A program made the position numbers and the translations under genes. From an uncultured Candidatus Rokubacteria bacterium (lineage in GTDB: Bacteria > Methylomirabilota > Methylomirabilia > Rokubacteriales > DASRDR01), in assembly GCA_963826115.1 (NCBI GenBank), contig CAWGVS010000006.1:448001-512000 (forward strand): a stretch of 64,000 nucleotides of DNA, in the 5' to 3' direction. How positions within the stretch are numbered: the stretch's first letter is position 1; every line of letters starts with the position of its first letter. Under the pieces are notes generated by a model. It worked only from the letters and a program-made list of their open reading frames with translations. It was not told where the DNA came from and made no database searches. This document shows positions 45,743 through 54,896 of this stretch, piece by piece.

Positions 45743-46589
45743 TCGCGACCGGGCCGCGCGGCCCGCCTGGGACGGCGTCATCGAGATGCCGGTCCGGGAC
45801 CGGCTCCGGAAGCCGCGCGAGAGCGGCTGGACGATGGTCATCGACAAGGGACTCGGTCTGAACGCGATCGACGACCTGATGCAGGTGGCGGCTCCCGTCA
45901 TCGACGTGCTGAAGCTCACCTTCGGGACGTCGGCGTTCTTCGGCCACGACGTCCTCAAGGAGAAGGTGCGGACCGTCACCGCCCACGGCGTCTACTGCAT
46001 GCCGGGCGGGACCTTCCAGGAGGTCGCCGTCTGGCAGGGCGCGCTGGATCGCTACCTCGACCGCGCCCGCGAGCTCGGCTTCAACGCGATCGAGGTCTCC
46101 GACGGCACGATCGAGATGGACGCCCGGACGCGGGCCGAGGCGATCGAGAAGGCCGTGAAGGCCGGGTTCCGCGTCCTGTCGGAGGTCGGCAAGAAGGACC
46201 CCGCCGACGCCCAGCCGATGGCGGCGCTCGCCGAGACCGTCCACGCCGACCTCGACGCGGGCGCGTTCATGGTGATCATGGAGGCGCGCGAGGCCGGCAA
46301 GGGTGTGGGCATCTACGACGCCTCCGGTCTTCCGAAGGAGGCCGAGATCGACGCGTTCCTGAAGGGCGTGCGCGATCCCGGCAAGATCCTGTGGGAGGCG
46401 CCGCTCGGCCCGCAGCAGCGGTACCTCGTCCTCCGGTTCGGGCCCAACGTGAGCCTGGGCAACGTGGCTCCCGAGGACATCCTCGCGCTCGAGGCGCTCC
46501 GCTGCGGTCTGCGGGGGGACACGCTCAAGCGCGCGTGGCTGGCCGACCGCACCTTCAGCGCGCGCCCCGCGCCCGAGACCCGGGCGTGA
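45735..46589 (+). CDS. comA: (2R)-phospho-3-sulfolactate synthase
   Basis: KPR..G.TMVIDKGLG, LK..FGTS, IEVSDGTI, SEVGKK, EARE.G, WEAP..QQ..FGPNV.LGN..LEALR.GLRGDT. Confidence 0.9.
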   Translation: MIDRDRAARPAWDGVIEMPVRDRLRKPRESGWTMVIDKGLGLNAIDDLMQVAAPVIDVLKLTFGTSAFFGHDVLKEKVRTVTAHGVYCMPGGTFQEVAVWQGALDRYLDRARELGFNAIEVSDGTIEMDARTRAEAIEKAVKAGFRVLSEVGKKDPADAQPMAALAETVHADLDAGAFMVIMEAREAGKGVGIYDASGLPKEAEIDAFLKGVRDPGKILWEAPLGPQQRYLVLRFGPNVSLGNVAPEDILALEALRCGLRGDTLKRAWLADRTFSARPAPETRA

Positions 46590-47401
46590 CGGAGATCACG
46601 GTTCTCGACGCGGTCACCCGGGTGGCGCTCGGGCTCGCGGTCGGGACGTTCGGGACGCTGATCGGCGCCGGCGGCGGATTCATCCTGGTGCCGCTGCTGC
46701 TGCTCGGCTACAACTTCCCGCCGGCGGACGCGGTCGGGACGTCACTGAGCCTGGTGTTCCTGAACGCGCTGTCGGGGAGCGCCGCCTATCTTCGCCAGCG
46801 CCGGGTCGACCTCGCCCTCGGATGGCGCTTCGCGGTGGCGACGCTGCCGGGCGCGGTGGGTGGCGCCTACGTCACACGATCCCTGTCCTCGCACACGTTC
46901 GGTCAGGCCTTCGGGGTCCTACTCATCGGCGTGGCGGTGCTGCTCTTCTTCGGGCGCACCGCGGGGCCGTCGCGGCGAGCGGGCGCACGCCAGATCGTGG
47001 ACGCCAGCGGAGAAACCCACCACTACCGCGTCGACGTCTGGAAGGGCGTCGTGGTGAGCCTCCTGGTGGGCGTGATCTCGAGCATCTTCGGGATCGGCGG
47101 CGGCATCATCCACGTCCCGTTCCTGATCGTGGTCCTTGGCCTGCCGGTCCACGTGGCGACGGCGACCTCCCATTTCGTGCTCAGCATCTCGGCCTTCGCC
47201 GGCGCGCTCACGTTTCTGACGCTGGGCCACGTGCATCTGCCCACCGTGGGCCTGATGGGGGCGGGGATCCTCCTGGGGGCGCAACTGGGCGCGCGGATGT
47301 CGATCGGCACAAGCGCCGGGATGATCCGCCGCATCCTGGCCGGCTCGCTGGCCTTGGTGGGCGCCCGGATGGTCGTGATGGGCGGAGGGTTCCTGCCATG
47401 A
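46586..47401 (+). CDS. TauE/SafE family sulfite/organosulfonate exporter
   Basis: GTLIGAGGGFILVP, AVGTSL, FGIGGGIIHVP, ATATSH; GTG overlaps the comA TGA. Confidence 0.9.
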   Translation: MTEITVLDAVTRVALGLAVGTFGTLIGAGGGFILVPLLLLGYNFPPADAVGTSLSLVFLNALSGSAAYLRQRRVDLALGWRFAVATLPGAVGGAYVTRSLSSHTFGQAFGVLLIGVAVLLFFGRTAGPSRRAGARQIVDASGETHHYRVDVWKGVVVSLLVGVISSIFGIGGGIIHVPFLIVVLGLPVHVATATSHFVLSISAFAGALTFLTLGHVHLPTVGLMGAGILLGAQLGARMSIGTSAGMIRRILAGSLALVGARMVVMGGGFLP

Positions 47402-47451
47402 CGCGCGGGCGGCCCCGGCCGGACCTCGCGGCTCCCTGGAGGGATTGACGC

Positions 47452-48969
47452 GTGCGCTACGGCTTCGTGATCGACCAGACGCGGTGCATCGGCTGCCACG
47501 CGTGCACCGTGGCGTGCAAGGAGGAGAACGGCGTTCCGCTCGGGACGTTCCGGACGTGGGTGAAGTACGTCGAGAAGGGCGAGTTCCCGAACACCCGCCG
47601 GCACTTCGCCGTCCTCCGCTGCAACCACTGCGACAACGCGCCGTGCGTGACGATCTGTCCCACGGTGGCGCTCTACCGGCGGCCGGACGGGATCGTCGAT
47701 TTCGACCGCGACCGCTGCATCGGCTGCAAGTCGTGCATGCAGGCCTGCCCGTACGACGCCCTCTACATCGACCCCGACACCCACACCGCCGCCAAGTGCC
47801 ACTTCTGCGCCCATCGGGTGGAGCGCGGGCTCGAGCCCGCGTGCGTGATCGTCTGCCCCGAGCGGGCGATCCTCGCCGGGGACCTCGACGACGCGGACAG
47901 CGAGGTGTCGCGGGTGATCGCCCGCGAGCACGTGAGCGTGCGGAAGCCGGAGCAGGGGACGCGTCCGAAGCTCTTCTACGTCGGGGCCGACCAGGCCACC
48001 CTGGTGCCCACGCTCCAGGACGCGCCCCGGGCGACCATGTGGGGCCAGCGCGCGAGCGAGCCCGTCTCGCTGGTCGCGCTCGCCGGCGGATGGCAGCCGG
48101 ACGGGCCGGCGGGGCGGACCGCCAAGCCCGTCGAGACCCTGGGCCGCACGGTGTACGACGTGTCGCACGAGACCAGACCCTGGGGGTGGCGCGTCGGGGC
48201 GTACCTCTGGACGAAGGCGGTCGCCGCCGGCGCCGCGCTCGCCGCCGCGGCCGGCGTGCTCGGCGGGGGGAGCGCCGCCGAGCTGGGCCTTTCGCTCGTC
48301 GCGCTCCTGTTCCTCCTGCTCACCGGAGGCCTGCTGATCGTCGACCTGAAGCGCCCCGACCGGTTCCACTACCTGCTCCTCCGGTCGAACCCGCGCTCCT
48401 GGCTCGTTCTCGGCGCCTGGATCCTGCTCGCGTTCGGCGCGGCGCTCGGCCTCTGGATCCCGGCGGCCATCGCCGGCAGCGACGCGATACTCGGTGTCCT
48501 CGCGGTGCCCCTCCTGCTCCTGGCGCTCGCCGCCGCGGGGTACAGCGCGTTCCTCTTCGCCCAGGCGGAGGGGCGGGACTTCTGGCAGAGCCCGCTGGTG
48601 CTGCCGCATCTCCTGGCGGGCGCCGCGACCGCGGGCGCGGCCGTGAGCCTCATGGTGACGCCGCCGTCGGCGACCGCGCGGAGCGTCCTCCTGGTGGGTC
48701 TCGGGGTGAACGTGTTCCTCGTCCTCGCCGAGTGCTACACGCCGCACGGGAACGCGGACTCGCGGGCCGCCGCAAGGTTCATCACCCGGGGCCCCCTGAG
48801 CCGGGTCTTCTGGGTCGGGGTGATCGCCGCCGGCTCGGTGCTGCCCGCGCTGCTCGTGATCCCGGCCTCCGGCGCCACCAGCGTCCTGGCCGGCGCCCTG
48901 GCTCTCGTCGGCCTCTACCTCTGGGAACACTGCTGGGTGCGGGCGGGACAGGCCGTCCCGCTCAGCTGA
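47452..48969 (+). CDS. Fused 4Fe-4S (PsrB/NrfC-like) and NrfD/PsrC membrane anchor subunit
   Basis: CIGCHACTVAC, CNHCDNAPCVTICP, CIGCKSCMQACPY, KCHFC..PACVIVCP; then WGW..YLW, DLKRPDRF, SWLVLG, VRAGQ. Confidence 0.9.
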   Translation: MRYGFVIDQTRCIGCHACTVACKEENGVPLGTFRTWVKYVEKGEFPNTRRHFAVLRCNHCDNAPCVTICPTVALYRRPDGIVDFDRDRCIGCKSCMQACPYDALYIDPDTHTAAKCHFCAHRVERGLEPACVIVCPERAILAGDLDDADSEVSRVIAREHVSVRKPEQGTRPKLFYVGADQATLVPTLQDAPRATMWGQRASEPVSLVALAGGWQPDGPAGRTAKPVETLGRTVYDVSHETRPWGWRVGAYLWTKAVAAGAALAAAAGVLGGGSAAELGLSLVALLFLLLTGGLLIVDLKRPDRFHYLLLRSNPRSWLVLGAWILLAFGAALGLWIPAAIAGSDAILGVLAVPLLLLALAAAGYSAFLFAQAEGRDFWQSPLVLPHLLAGAATAGAAVSLMVTPPSATARSVLLVGLGVNVFLVLAECYTPHGNADSRAAARFITRGPLSRVFWVGVIAAGSVLPALLVIPASGATSVLAGALALVGLYLWEHCWVRAGQAVPLS

Positions 48970-48979
48970 AGGGCGAACG

Positions 48980-51811
48980 ATGCCGAAATCACCCTCGATC
49001 GAGCCGCTCCATCCGGCGGCGCAGAACCTGACGGCGCCGCCGGGCGGCCTCGCGAGCTACCCGCCGGTCGAGCGCTGGGACGACTGGACGGAGTACGACC
49101 CGAAGGCTTGGCCGAAGCGGGTCGAGCGCCGCTACCAGCTCGTCCCCACCATCTGCTTCAACTGCGAGGCCGGTTGCGGGCTTCTTGCGTACGTGGACAA
49201 GGACCATCTCGGGATCCAGAAGTTCGAGGGGAACCCCGAGCACCCGGGGAGCCGCGGTCGCAACTGCGCGAAGGGTCCGGCGACCCTGAACCAGATCGAG
49301 GACCCGGAGCGCATCCGCTACCCGATGAGGCGCGTGGGACCTCGGGGCGGGGGGCAGTGGGAGCGCGTCAGCTGGGATCAGGCGCTCGACGACCTCGCCG
49401 CGCGCATCCGGAAAGCGCTCGTCGAGGGCCGGCGCAACGAGGTCATGTACCACGTCGGGCGGCCCGGCCACGAGCTCGTGTACCACCAGCGGATCATGCA
49501 CGCGTGGGGGATCGACGGGCACAACTCGCACACCAACGTGTGCTCCGCGTCCGCGCGCGCCGGCTACGCGTTCTGGAGCGGCCTCGACCGGCCGTCCCCG
49601 GACCACGCCAACGCCCGGTTCATCCTGCTCCTGTCCTCGCACCTCGAGACCGGCCACTACTTCAACCCGCACGCGCAGCGGATCATCGAGGGCAAGAAGC
49701 GGGGCGCCAAGATCTGCGCGATCGACACCCGGCTCAGCAACACGGCGTCGATGGCCGACTGGTGGCTCTCTCCGTGGCCGGGGACCGAGGCCGCGCTGCT
49801 CCTCGCGATGTGCCAGCTCATCATCCAGGAGCGCCTCTACGACCGCGAGTTCCTGCGCCGCTGGGTGAACTGGGCGGAGTACCTCCGCGAGGAGCATCCC
49901 GACAAGCCCCAGACCTTCGAGACCTTCGAGGCGATCCTCCCGACGCTCTACGCCGAGTTCACCCCCGCGTTCGCGGAGAAGGAGTCGGGCGTCCCGGCCG
50001 CCACCATCGAGGAGGTGGCGCGGGAGGCCGCGCGGGCCGGCTCGGCCCTCGCGACCCACGTGTGGCGGAACGCGGCGGCGGGGAACCTCGGCGGCTGGCA
50101 GGTGGCGCGGGCGCTCCAGCTCCTGGTCGTCCTCGCCGGTGCCGTGGCCACCCCCGGCGGGACGGCGCCCTCGTTCTACAACAAGGCGATCCCGGCGCCG
50201 CCGCTCATGCCGCCGCCGGCCAAGGTCTGGAGCGAGCTCCTCTACCCGCCGGAGTACCCGCTGGCGTTCTTCGAGATGAGCTTCCTGCTCCCGCATCTGC
50301 TGAAGGAGGGGCGCGGCCGCCTCGACACGTACTTCACGCGCGTCTACAACCCGGTCTGGACGAACCCGGACGGCTTCTCGTGGATCGAGATGCTGACCGA
50401 CGAGGCCAAGATCGGCCTCCACGCCTGCCTCACCCCGATCTGGAGCGAGACCGCGTGGTTCTCCGACTACGTCCTCCCGATGGGTCACGCCTCCGAGCGG
50501 CACGACCTGATGAGCCAGGAGACGCACGCCGCGCGGTGGATCGGCTTCCGCCAGCCCGTGCTCAGGGTCGCCCTCGAGAGCCGGGGCCAGCGCTTCGCGA
50601 CCACCTGGGAGGCGCACGCCGCCGCGGGCCTGGGCGAGGTGTGGGAGGAGGACGAGTTCTGGATCGAGCTCTCGTGGCGGATCGACCCGGACGGGTCGCT
50701 CGGGATCCGGAAGTGGTTCGAGTCGCCGTACCGGCCGGGCGAGAAGCTCACGGTCGACGACTTCTACGGCTGGATGTTCGAGCGCTCGGTACCCGGGCTG
50801 CCGGCGGCCGCCGCGAAGGAGGGCCTGACGCCGCTCGCCTACATGCGGAAGCGCGGCGCGTTCCTGATCGAGGACGGCGTGTACCGCACCCACGAGACCA
50901 CGCTCGCGCCGGCCGCGCTCGAGGGCGGCGCGGTGGATCCGGCCACCGGGATCATCACCAAGGGCGGGGCCGCCGTCGGCGTCGAGGTCGACGGGCGCCC
51001 GTACGTCGGGTTCCCGACGCCCTCGCGGAAGCTCGAGTTCTTCTCGAAGACGCTGAGGGACTGGAAGTGGCCCGAGTACGCGCTGCCGGCCTACATCCGG
51101 AGCCACGTGCACTGGTCGACGATGGACCGCCAGAAGGACGAGTTCCTGCTCCTGCCGACGTTCCGCCTGCCGACCCTGATCCACACGCGCTCCGGCAACG
51201 CGAAGTGGCTCTACGAGATCTCCCACTCGAATCCGCTCTGGCTCCACCCGAAGGACGCCGCGCGACTCGGCGTCGCGACGAACGACCTCCTGAAGGTCCA
51301 CACCGAGATCGGGTGGTTCGTGGACAAGGTCTGGGTGACCGAGTCGATCCGGCCCGGGATCGTCGCGTGCTCCCACCACCTCGGACGCTGGCGCCTCGGC
51401 GAGGATCAGGGCGGGGAGCGCTGGTCGACGGCGCTCGTGCGCCTCGAGCGGCCCGGGCCCGGCCAGTGGCGGATGCGGCAGGTCCACGGGATCCGCCCGT
51501 TCAAGAGCGAGGATCCCGATTCCGAGCGCGTGTTCTGGGAGGACGCCGGCGTCCACCAGAACCTCACGTTCAGCGTCCAGCCGGATCCCGTGAGCGGGCA
51601 ACAGTGCTGGCACCAGAAGGTCCGGCTGGAGCGGCCCGGCTCGGACGACCGCTACGGCGACGTCTTCGTGGACACGGGGAAGGCGCACGAGGTGTACCGC
51701 CGCTGGCTCGCGATGGCGCGGCCGGCCCCCGGCCCCGGGAACCTCCGCCGGCCGCTGTGGCTCCCGCGCGCCTACAAGCCCGATCCCTCCACCTACCGCA
51801 TGGAGGCGTGA
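48980..51811 (+). CDS. Molybdopterin oxidoreductase catalytic subunit (DMSO reductase family), no Tat signal
   Basis: CFNCEAGC..NCAKG FS0 cluster, RIRYPMRR, SHTNVCS, PWPGTE, WSETA..DYVLP, PSRKLEF, LWLHPKDA. Confidence 0.9.
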   Translation: MPKSPSIEPLHPAAQNLTAPPGGLASYPPVERWDDWTEYDPKAWPKRVERRYQLVPTICFNCEAGCGLLAYVDKDHLGIQKFEGNPEHPGSRGRNCAKGPATLNQIEDPERIRYPMRRVGPRGGGQWERVSWDQALDDLAARIRKALVEGRRNEVMYHVGRPGHELVYHQRIMHAWGIDGHNSHTNVCSASARAGYAFWSGLDRPSPDHANARFILLLSSHLETGHYFNPHAQRIIEGKKRGAKICAIDTRLSNTASMADWWLSPWPGTEAALLLAMCQLIIQERLYDREFLRRWVNWAEYLREEHPDKPQTFETFEAILPTLYAEFTPAFAEKESGVPAATIEEVAREAARAGSALATHVWRNAAAGNLGGWQVARALQLLVVLAGAVATPGGTAPSFYNKAIPAPPLMPPPAKVWSELLYPPEYPLAFFEMSFLLPHLLKEGRGRLDTYFTRVYNPVWTNPDGFSWIEMLTDEAKIGLHACLTPIWSETAWFSDYVLPMGHASERHDLMSQETHAARWIGFRQPVLRVALESRGQRFATTWEAHAAAGLGEVWEEDEFWIELSWRIDPDGSLGIRKWFESPYRPGEKLTVDDFYGWMFERSVPGLPAAAAKEGLTPLAYMRKRGAFLIEDGVYRTHETTLAPAALEGGAVDPATGIITKGGAAVGVEVDGRPYVGFPTPSRKLEFFSKTLRDWKWPEYALPAYIRSHVHWSTMDRQKDEFLLLPTFRLPTLIHTRSGNAKWLYEISHSNPLWLHPKDAARLGVATNDLLKVHTEIGWFVDKVWVTESIRPGIVACSHHLGRWRLGEDQGGERWSTALVRLERPGPGQWRMRQVHGIRPFKSEDPDSERVFWEDAGVHQNLTFSVQPDPVSGQQCWHQKVRLERPGSDDRYGDVFVDTGKAHEVYRRWLAMARPAPGPGNLRRPLWLPRAYKPDPSTYRMEA

Positions 51812-53074
51812 CGCTCGGCTCGAGCCTGACGGCCGTCACGCTCGCGCGGACGCCGCTCGTGCGCGGCGCGGCCTGGCTCGTGCTCGCCGCGCAGGGAACC
51901 GGGTTCTTCCTCCAGATGTACGCCCGCATGCAGCGGGTGACGGGGAACGATCTCGGCGCCCGCCTCGCGTCCGCGCGCATCCTGGTGGAGGGCGGGAATC
52001 CCTACGCCCTCACGCTGCCCCAGGGGCACGGCCCCTATCCGCTCACGATCGACGTCCTCGTCATTCCCCTGACCTGGATTCCTCTCGGGCTCGCCCAGAG
52101 CCTCTGGTTCGCGCTGAGCGTCGCCGCGCTCGTGGGGACGCTGCTCGTCCTCGACGGCCTCTGGCGAGAGGCGCGGCGAGGGGAGGCCGACCCGGTCCTC
52201 GCCGTGCCCTTCGAGGTCCGCCTGGCGCTCCTCACGCTCGCCCTGTTCATCCCGCTCCAGAACCACCTCCGCTACGGCCAGGTGAACCTCCTCCTGCTGT
52301 GCCTCTCGACCGTCTTCCTGGCATTCCACCTCCGCGGGCGGCGGTGTGCCGCGGCGGCCTCGCTCGGCGGGGCCATCGCCCTCAAGCTCACGCCGGCGGT
52401 CTTTCTCGTCTACCTCGGCCGCGGACGGTGGTACCGGACGGCCGTGGGCGCGATCGGCTGGACCCTGCTCCTGGCCGTCGCGGTACCGGCGCTCGTCTCG
52501 CCGCGGGTGCTCGAGTGGTACCGCGACGGGTGGCTGCCCGAGGTGGCCGGCCTCACCGCGGGGCCCGTCGAGTACGAGTGGCGCACCCGGTTCACCCTCG
52601 CGGCCCTCCTGGCGGAGAGGTGGCCGCCGATCGCGGCGCTGCCCGGTCTCCGCCACCTGGCCGCGGCGGCCGTGCTTCTCCCGATCCTGTGGATCCAGCC
52701 CCGCCTGGCGCGCGACACCGCGCGGGACGCTGCTCCTCTTCGCGCTCTACGTGACGGCGATGCCGCTCGTCTCGCCCGTGAGCGAGACGCATCACCTGGC
52801 GGTGCTGGCGGCGCCCCTGTGGATCTGGCTCCTGGCGGCGGGCGCGCCGCCCCGCATGCCGCTCCTCGACGGCGCCGGGGCGGTCGCGGTCCTGGGCGCG
52901 CTCTGGCTCGGCATCGCGCTGGCCGGCCCAGCCGCAGGCCGGCGCGGGTCGCCCTTCGAAGGGGCGGCCCTGCTGGTTCTATACGGCGTTCTGCTGGTCC
53001 GGAGCCTTCGCGTGTCGGCCGTCCGGCTTGACACCCCCGGCGCCCTCGGCGACGCTCGATTCGAGAGGACCTGA
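51808..53074 (+). CDS. GT87/DUF2029 family membrane glycosyltransferase, split by a +1 frameshift near 52717
   Basis: GND..GGNPY..PYP, YGQVNLLL, ALKLTPA; continues in the next frame as PRGTLLLF..SPVSETHH. Confidence 0.75.
53028..53056 (+). promoter_or_regulatory. Possible internal promoter for the TPP enzyme
   Basis: TTGACA-N17-GACGCT, followed by GAGG SD. Confidence 0.35.
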
Positions 53075-54819
53075 TGGCCACGAAGACGCTGCGCGTGGAG
53101 ACGGTCGCCCAGGCCTACCTCGAGCTCCTGCGGGAGCGCGGGATCGACTGCTTCTTCGCCAATGCCGGGACCGACTTCGCCTCCATCGTGGACGCGTTCG
53201 CGCGCTTCCAGACCGAGGGGAAGACCGCGCCGCGCCCGATCGCGGTGCCCCACGAGTTCGTCGCGGTGTCGATGGCCCACGGCTACTACCTGGTGACCGG
53301 GCGACTGCAGGCGGTGATGGTGCACGTCACCGTCGGGACGGCGAACGGCGTGGGGGCGATCATCAATGCTTCGCGGACACAGGTGCCCGTCCTCTTCACG
53401 GCAGGGCGGACGCCCATCACGGAAGAGGCGGGGCTCACCGGCGCGCGGGACACGCACATCCACTGGGCCCAGGAGTCCTTCGACCAGGCGGGGATGCTCC
53501 GGGAGTACGTCAAGTGGGACTACGAGCTGCGCCAGCCCGCCCAGCTCGAGGCGGTGGTCGACCGCGCGCTCGAGCTCGCGATGGCGGAGCCGCGCGGCCC
53601 CGTCTATCTCACGCTGCCCCGCGAGGTGCTGGCCCAGCCGCTCGGCGAGCTGACCATCTCGTCGCCGGCGCGCCGCCACGTGGAGAGCCGGCGGTACCCC
53701 GACCCCGCGCGCATCGAGGAGGCGGCGGAACGGCTCGCCCGCGCCCGCCACCCCTTGATCGTCACGGCCGAGGCCGGCCGCGCGCGGGCGGCCGTGGACG
53801 GCCTGGTCGCGCTCGCCGACGCGGGCGCCATCCCGGTGCTCGAGTCGAGCCCTGTCTACGTGAACTTCCCGGCGGACCACCCGTGCCACGCCGGCTGGGT
53901 CTTCGGGAGCCAGGACTACTCGGGGATCGCCGAGGCCGACGTCGTGCTGGTCGTCGACTGCGACGTGCCGTGGTTCCCGTCGCGGACGCGGCCCGCCGAC
54001 GACGCCACCGTGATCCAGCTCGCGGCCGACCCGTTCTACTCGCGGTATCCCATGCGCTCCTACCCGTGCGACGTTCCCGTGGCGGCGGAGCCCGCCGCGG
54101 CGCTGCCGCTCCTGGCGGAGGCGGTCCGCCGGCGCGTCGACCCGGCCGGCGTGGCGGCCCGGCGCGCGAGGCTCGCGGCGGCGCACCGGGAGCAGCGCGA
54201 GGCCTGGGCCCGCGCTGCGGCGGCGGAGGCGAGCCTCACGCCCATCGGCTTCCAGTGGGCGTCCCGGTGCGTCGGCGAGGTGCTCGGCGCCGACTCCATC
54301 GTCGTCAACGAGTACCCGCTCGACGTCCGGCACGCGCCGCCGTCGGGGCCCGGGACCTGCTTCGGGTCGCCCCACTCCGGCGGACTCGGCTGGGCGCTGG
54401 GCGCGGCGCTCGGGGCGAAGCTCGGCGCGCCGGAGAAGACCGTGATCGCCACGGTGGGCGACGGGGCCTACATCTTCGGCGCGCCGACCGCGGCGCACCT
54501 CGCGTCCCAGCTCCACAAGCTCCCGTTCCTGACCGTGATCTTCAACAACGCGTCGTGGGAAGCCGTCGAGCGCGCCACCCGCTCGGTGCACCCCGACGGC
54601 TGGGCGGCGACGACCGCGGCGTTCCCCCTGACCGGGCTCTCGGCCAGCGCCCGCTACGAGGAGATCGCGCGGAGCTTCGGTGGCCACGGCGAGCGGGTGG
54701 AAGATCCCGCCGAGCTGCCCGGGGCCCTGCGCCGCGCGCTCCGCGTCGTCCGCGAGGAAGGCCGCCAGGCCGTCCTGAACGTGATCTGCCGGCGCCAGCC
54801 CGGCTCGCCCAAGGGCTAG
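53074..54819 (+). CDS. Thiamine pyrophosphate-requiring protein (acetolactate synthase/decarboxylase-like)
   Basis: FANAGTDF, PHEFVAVSMAHG, MVHVTVGTAN, IHWAQE, VKWDYE, GDG-x-NN TPP motif. Confidence 0.9.
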   Translation: MATKTLRVETVAQAYLELLRERGIDCFFANAGTDFASIVDAFARFQTEGKTAPRPIAVPHEFVAVSMAHGYYLVTGRLQAVMVHVTVGTANGVGAIINASRTQVPVLFTAGRTPITEEAGLTGARDTHIHWAQESFDQAGMLREYVKWDYELRQPAQLEAVVDRALELAMAEPRGPVYLTLPREVLAQPLGELTISSPARRHVESRRYPDPARIEEAAERLARARHPLIVTAEAGRARAAVDGLVALADAGAIPVLESSPVYVNFPADHPCHAGWVFGSQDYSGIAEADVVLVVDCDVPWFPSRTRPADDATVIQLAADPFYSRYPMRSYPCDVPVAAEPAAALPLLAEAVRRRVDPAGVAARRARLAAAHREQREAWARAAAAEASLTPIGFQWASRCVGEVLGADSIVVNEYPLDVRHAPPSGPGTCFGSPHSGGLGWALGAALGAKLGAPEKTVIATVGDGAYIFGAPTAAHLASQLHKLPFLTVIFNNASWEAVERATRSVHPDGWAATTAAFPLTGLSASARYEEIARSFGGHGERVEDPAELPGALRRALRVVREEGRQAVLNVICRRQPGSPKG

Positions 54820-54860
54820 GCGGCTCCGGCCGGCGGGCGCCGACCCGGCGGCGCGGGGAA

Positions 54861-54889
54861 TTGGCGGGGCGCCCGTCGGGCCCGATAAT
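54861..54889 (+). promoter_or_regulatory. sigma70 promoter, probably leaderless
   Basis: TTGGCG-N17-GATAAT-N7-ATG(54897); no SD. Confidence 0.5.
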
Positions 54890-54896
54890 GCGGGCC

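Noticed and set aside
45735-46589. Coenzyme M biosynthesis or competence ComA
   Set aside because: No other CoM pathway or CoM-dependent genes are in the window; unrelated to competence ComA.
48980-51811. Formate dehydrogenase or selenoprotein call
   Set aside because: No in-frame TGA and no Cys/Sec-His active-site motif of FDH.
49108-53031. 1307-aa ORF overlapping the Mo enzyme
   Set aside because: Shadow frame until GTG 51808; only the GT87 portion is protein-like.
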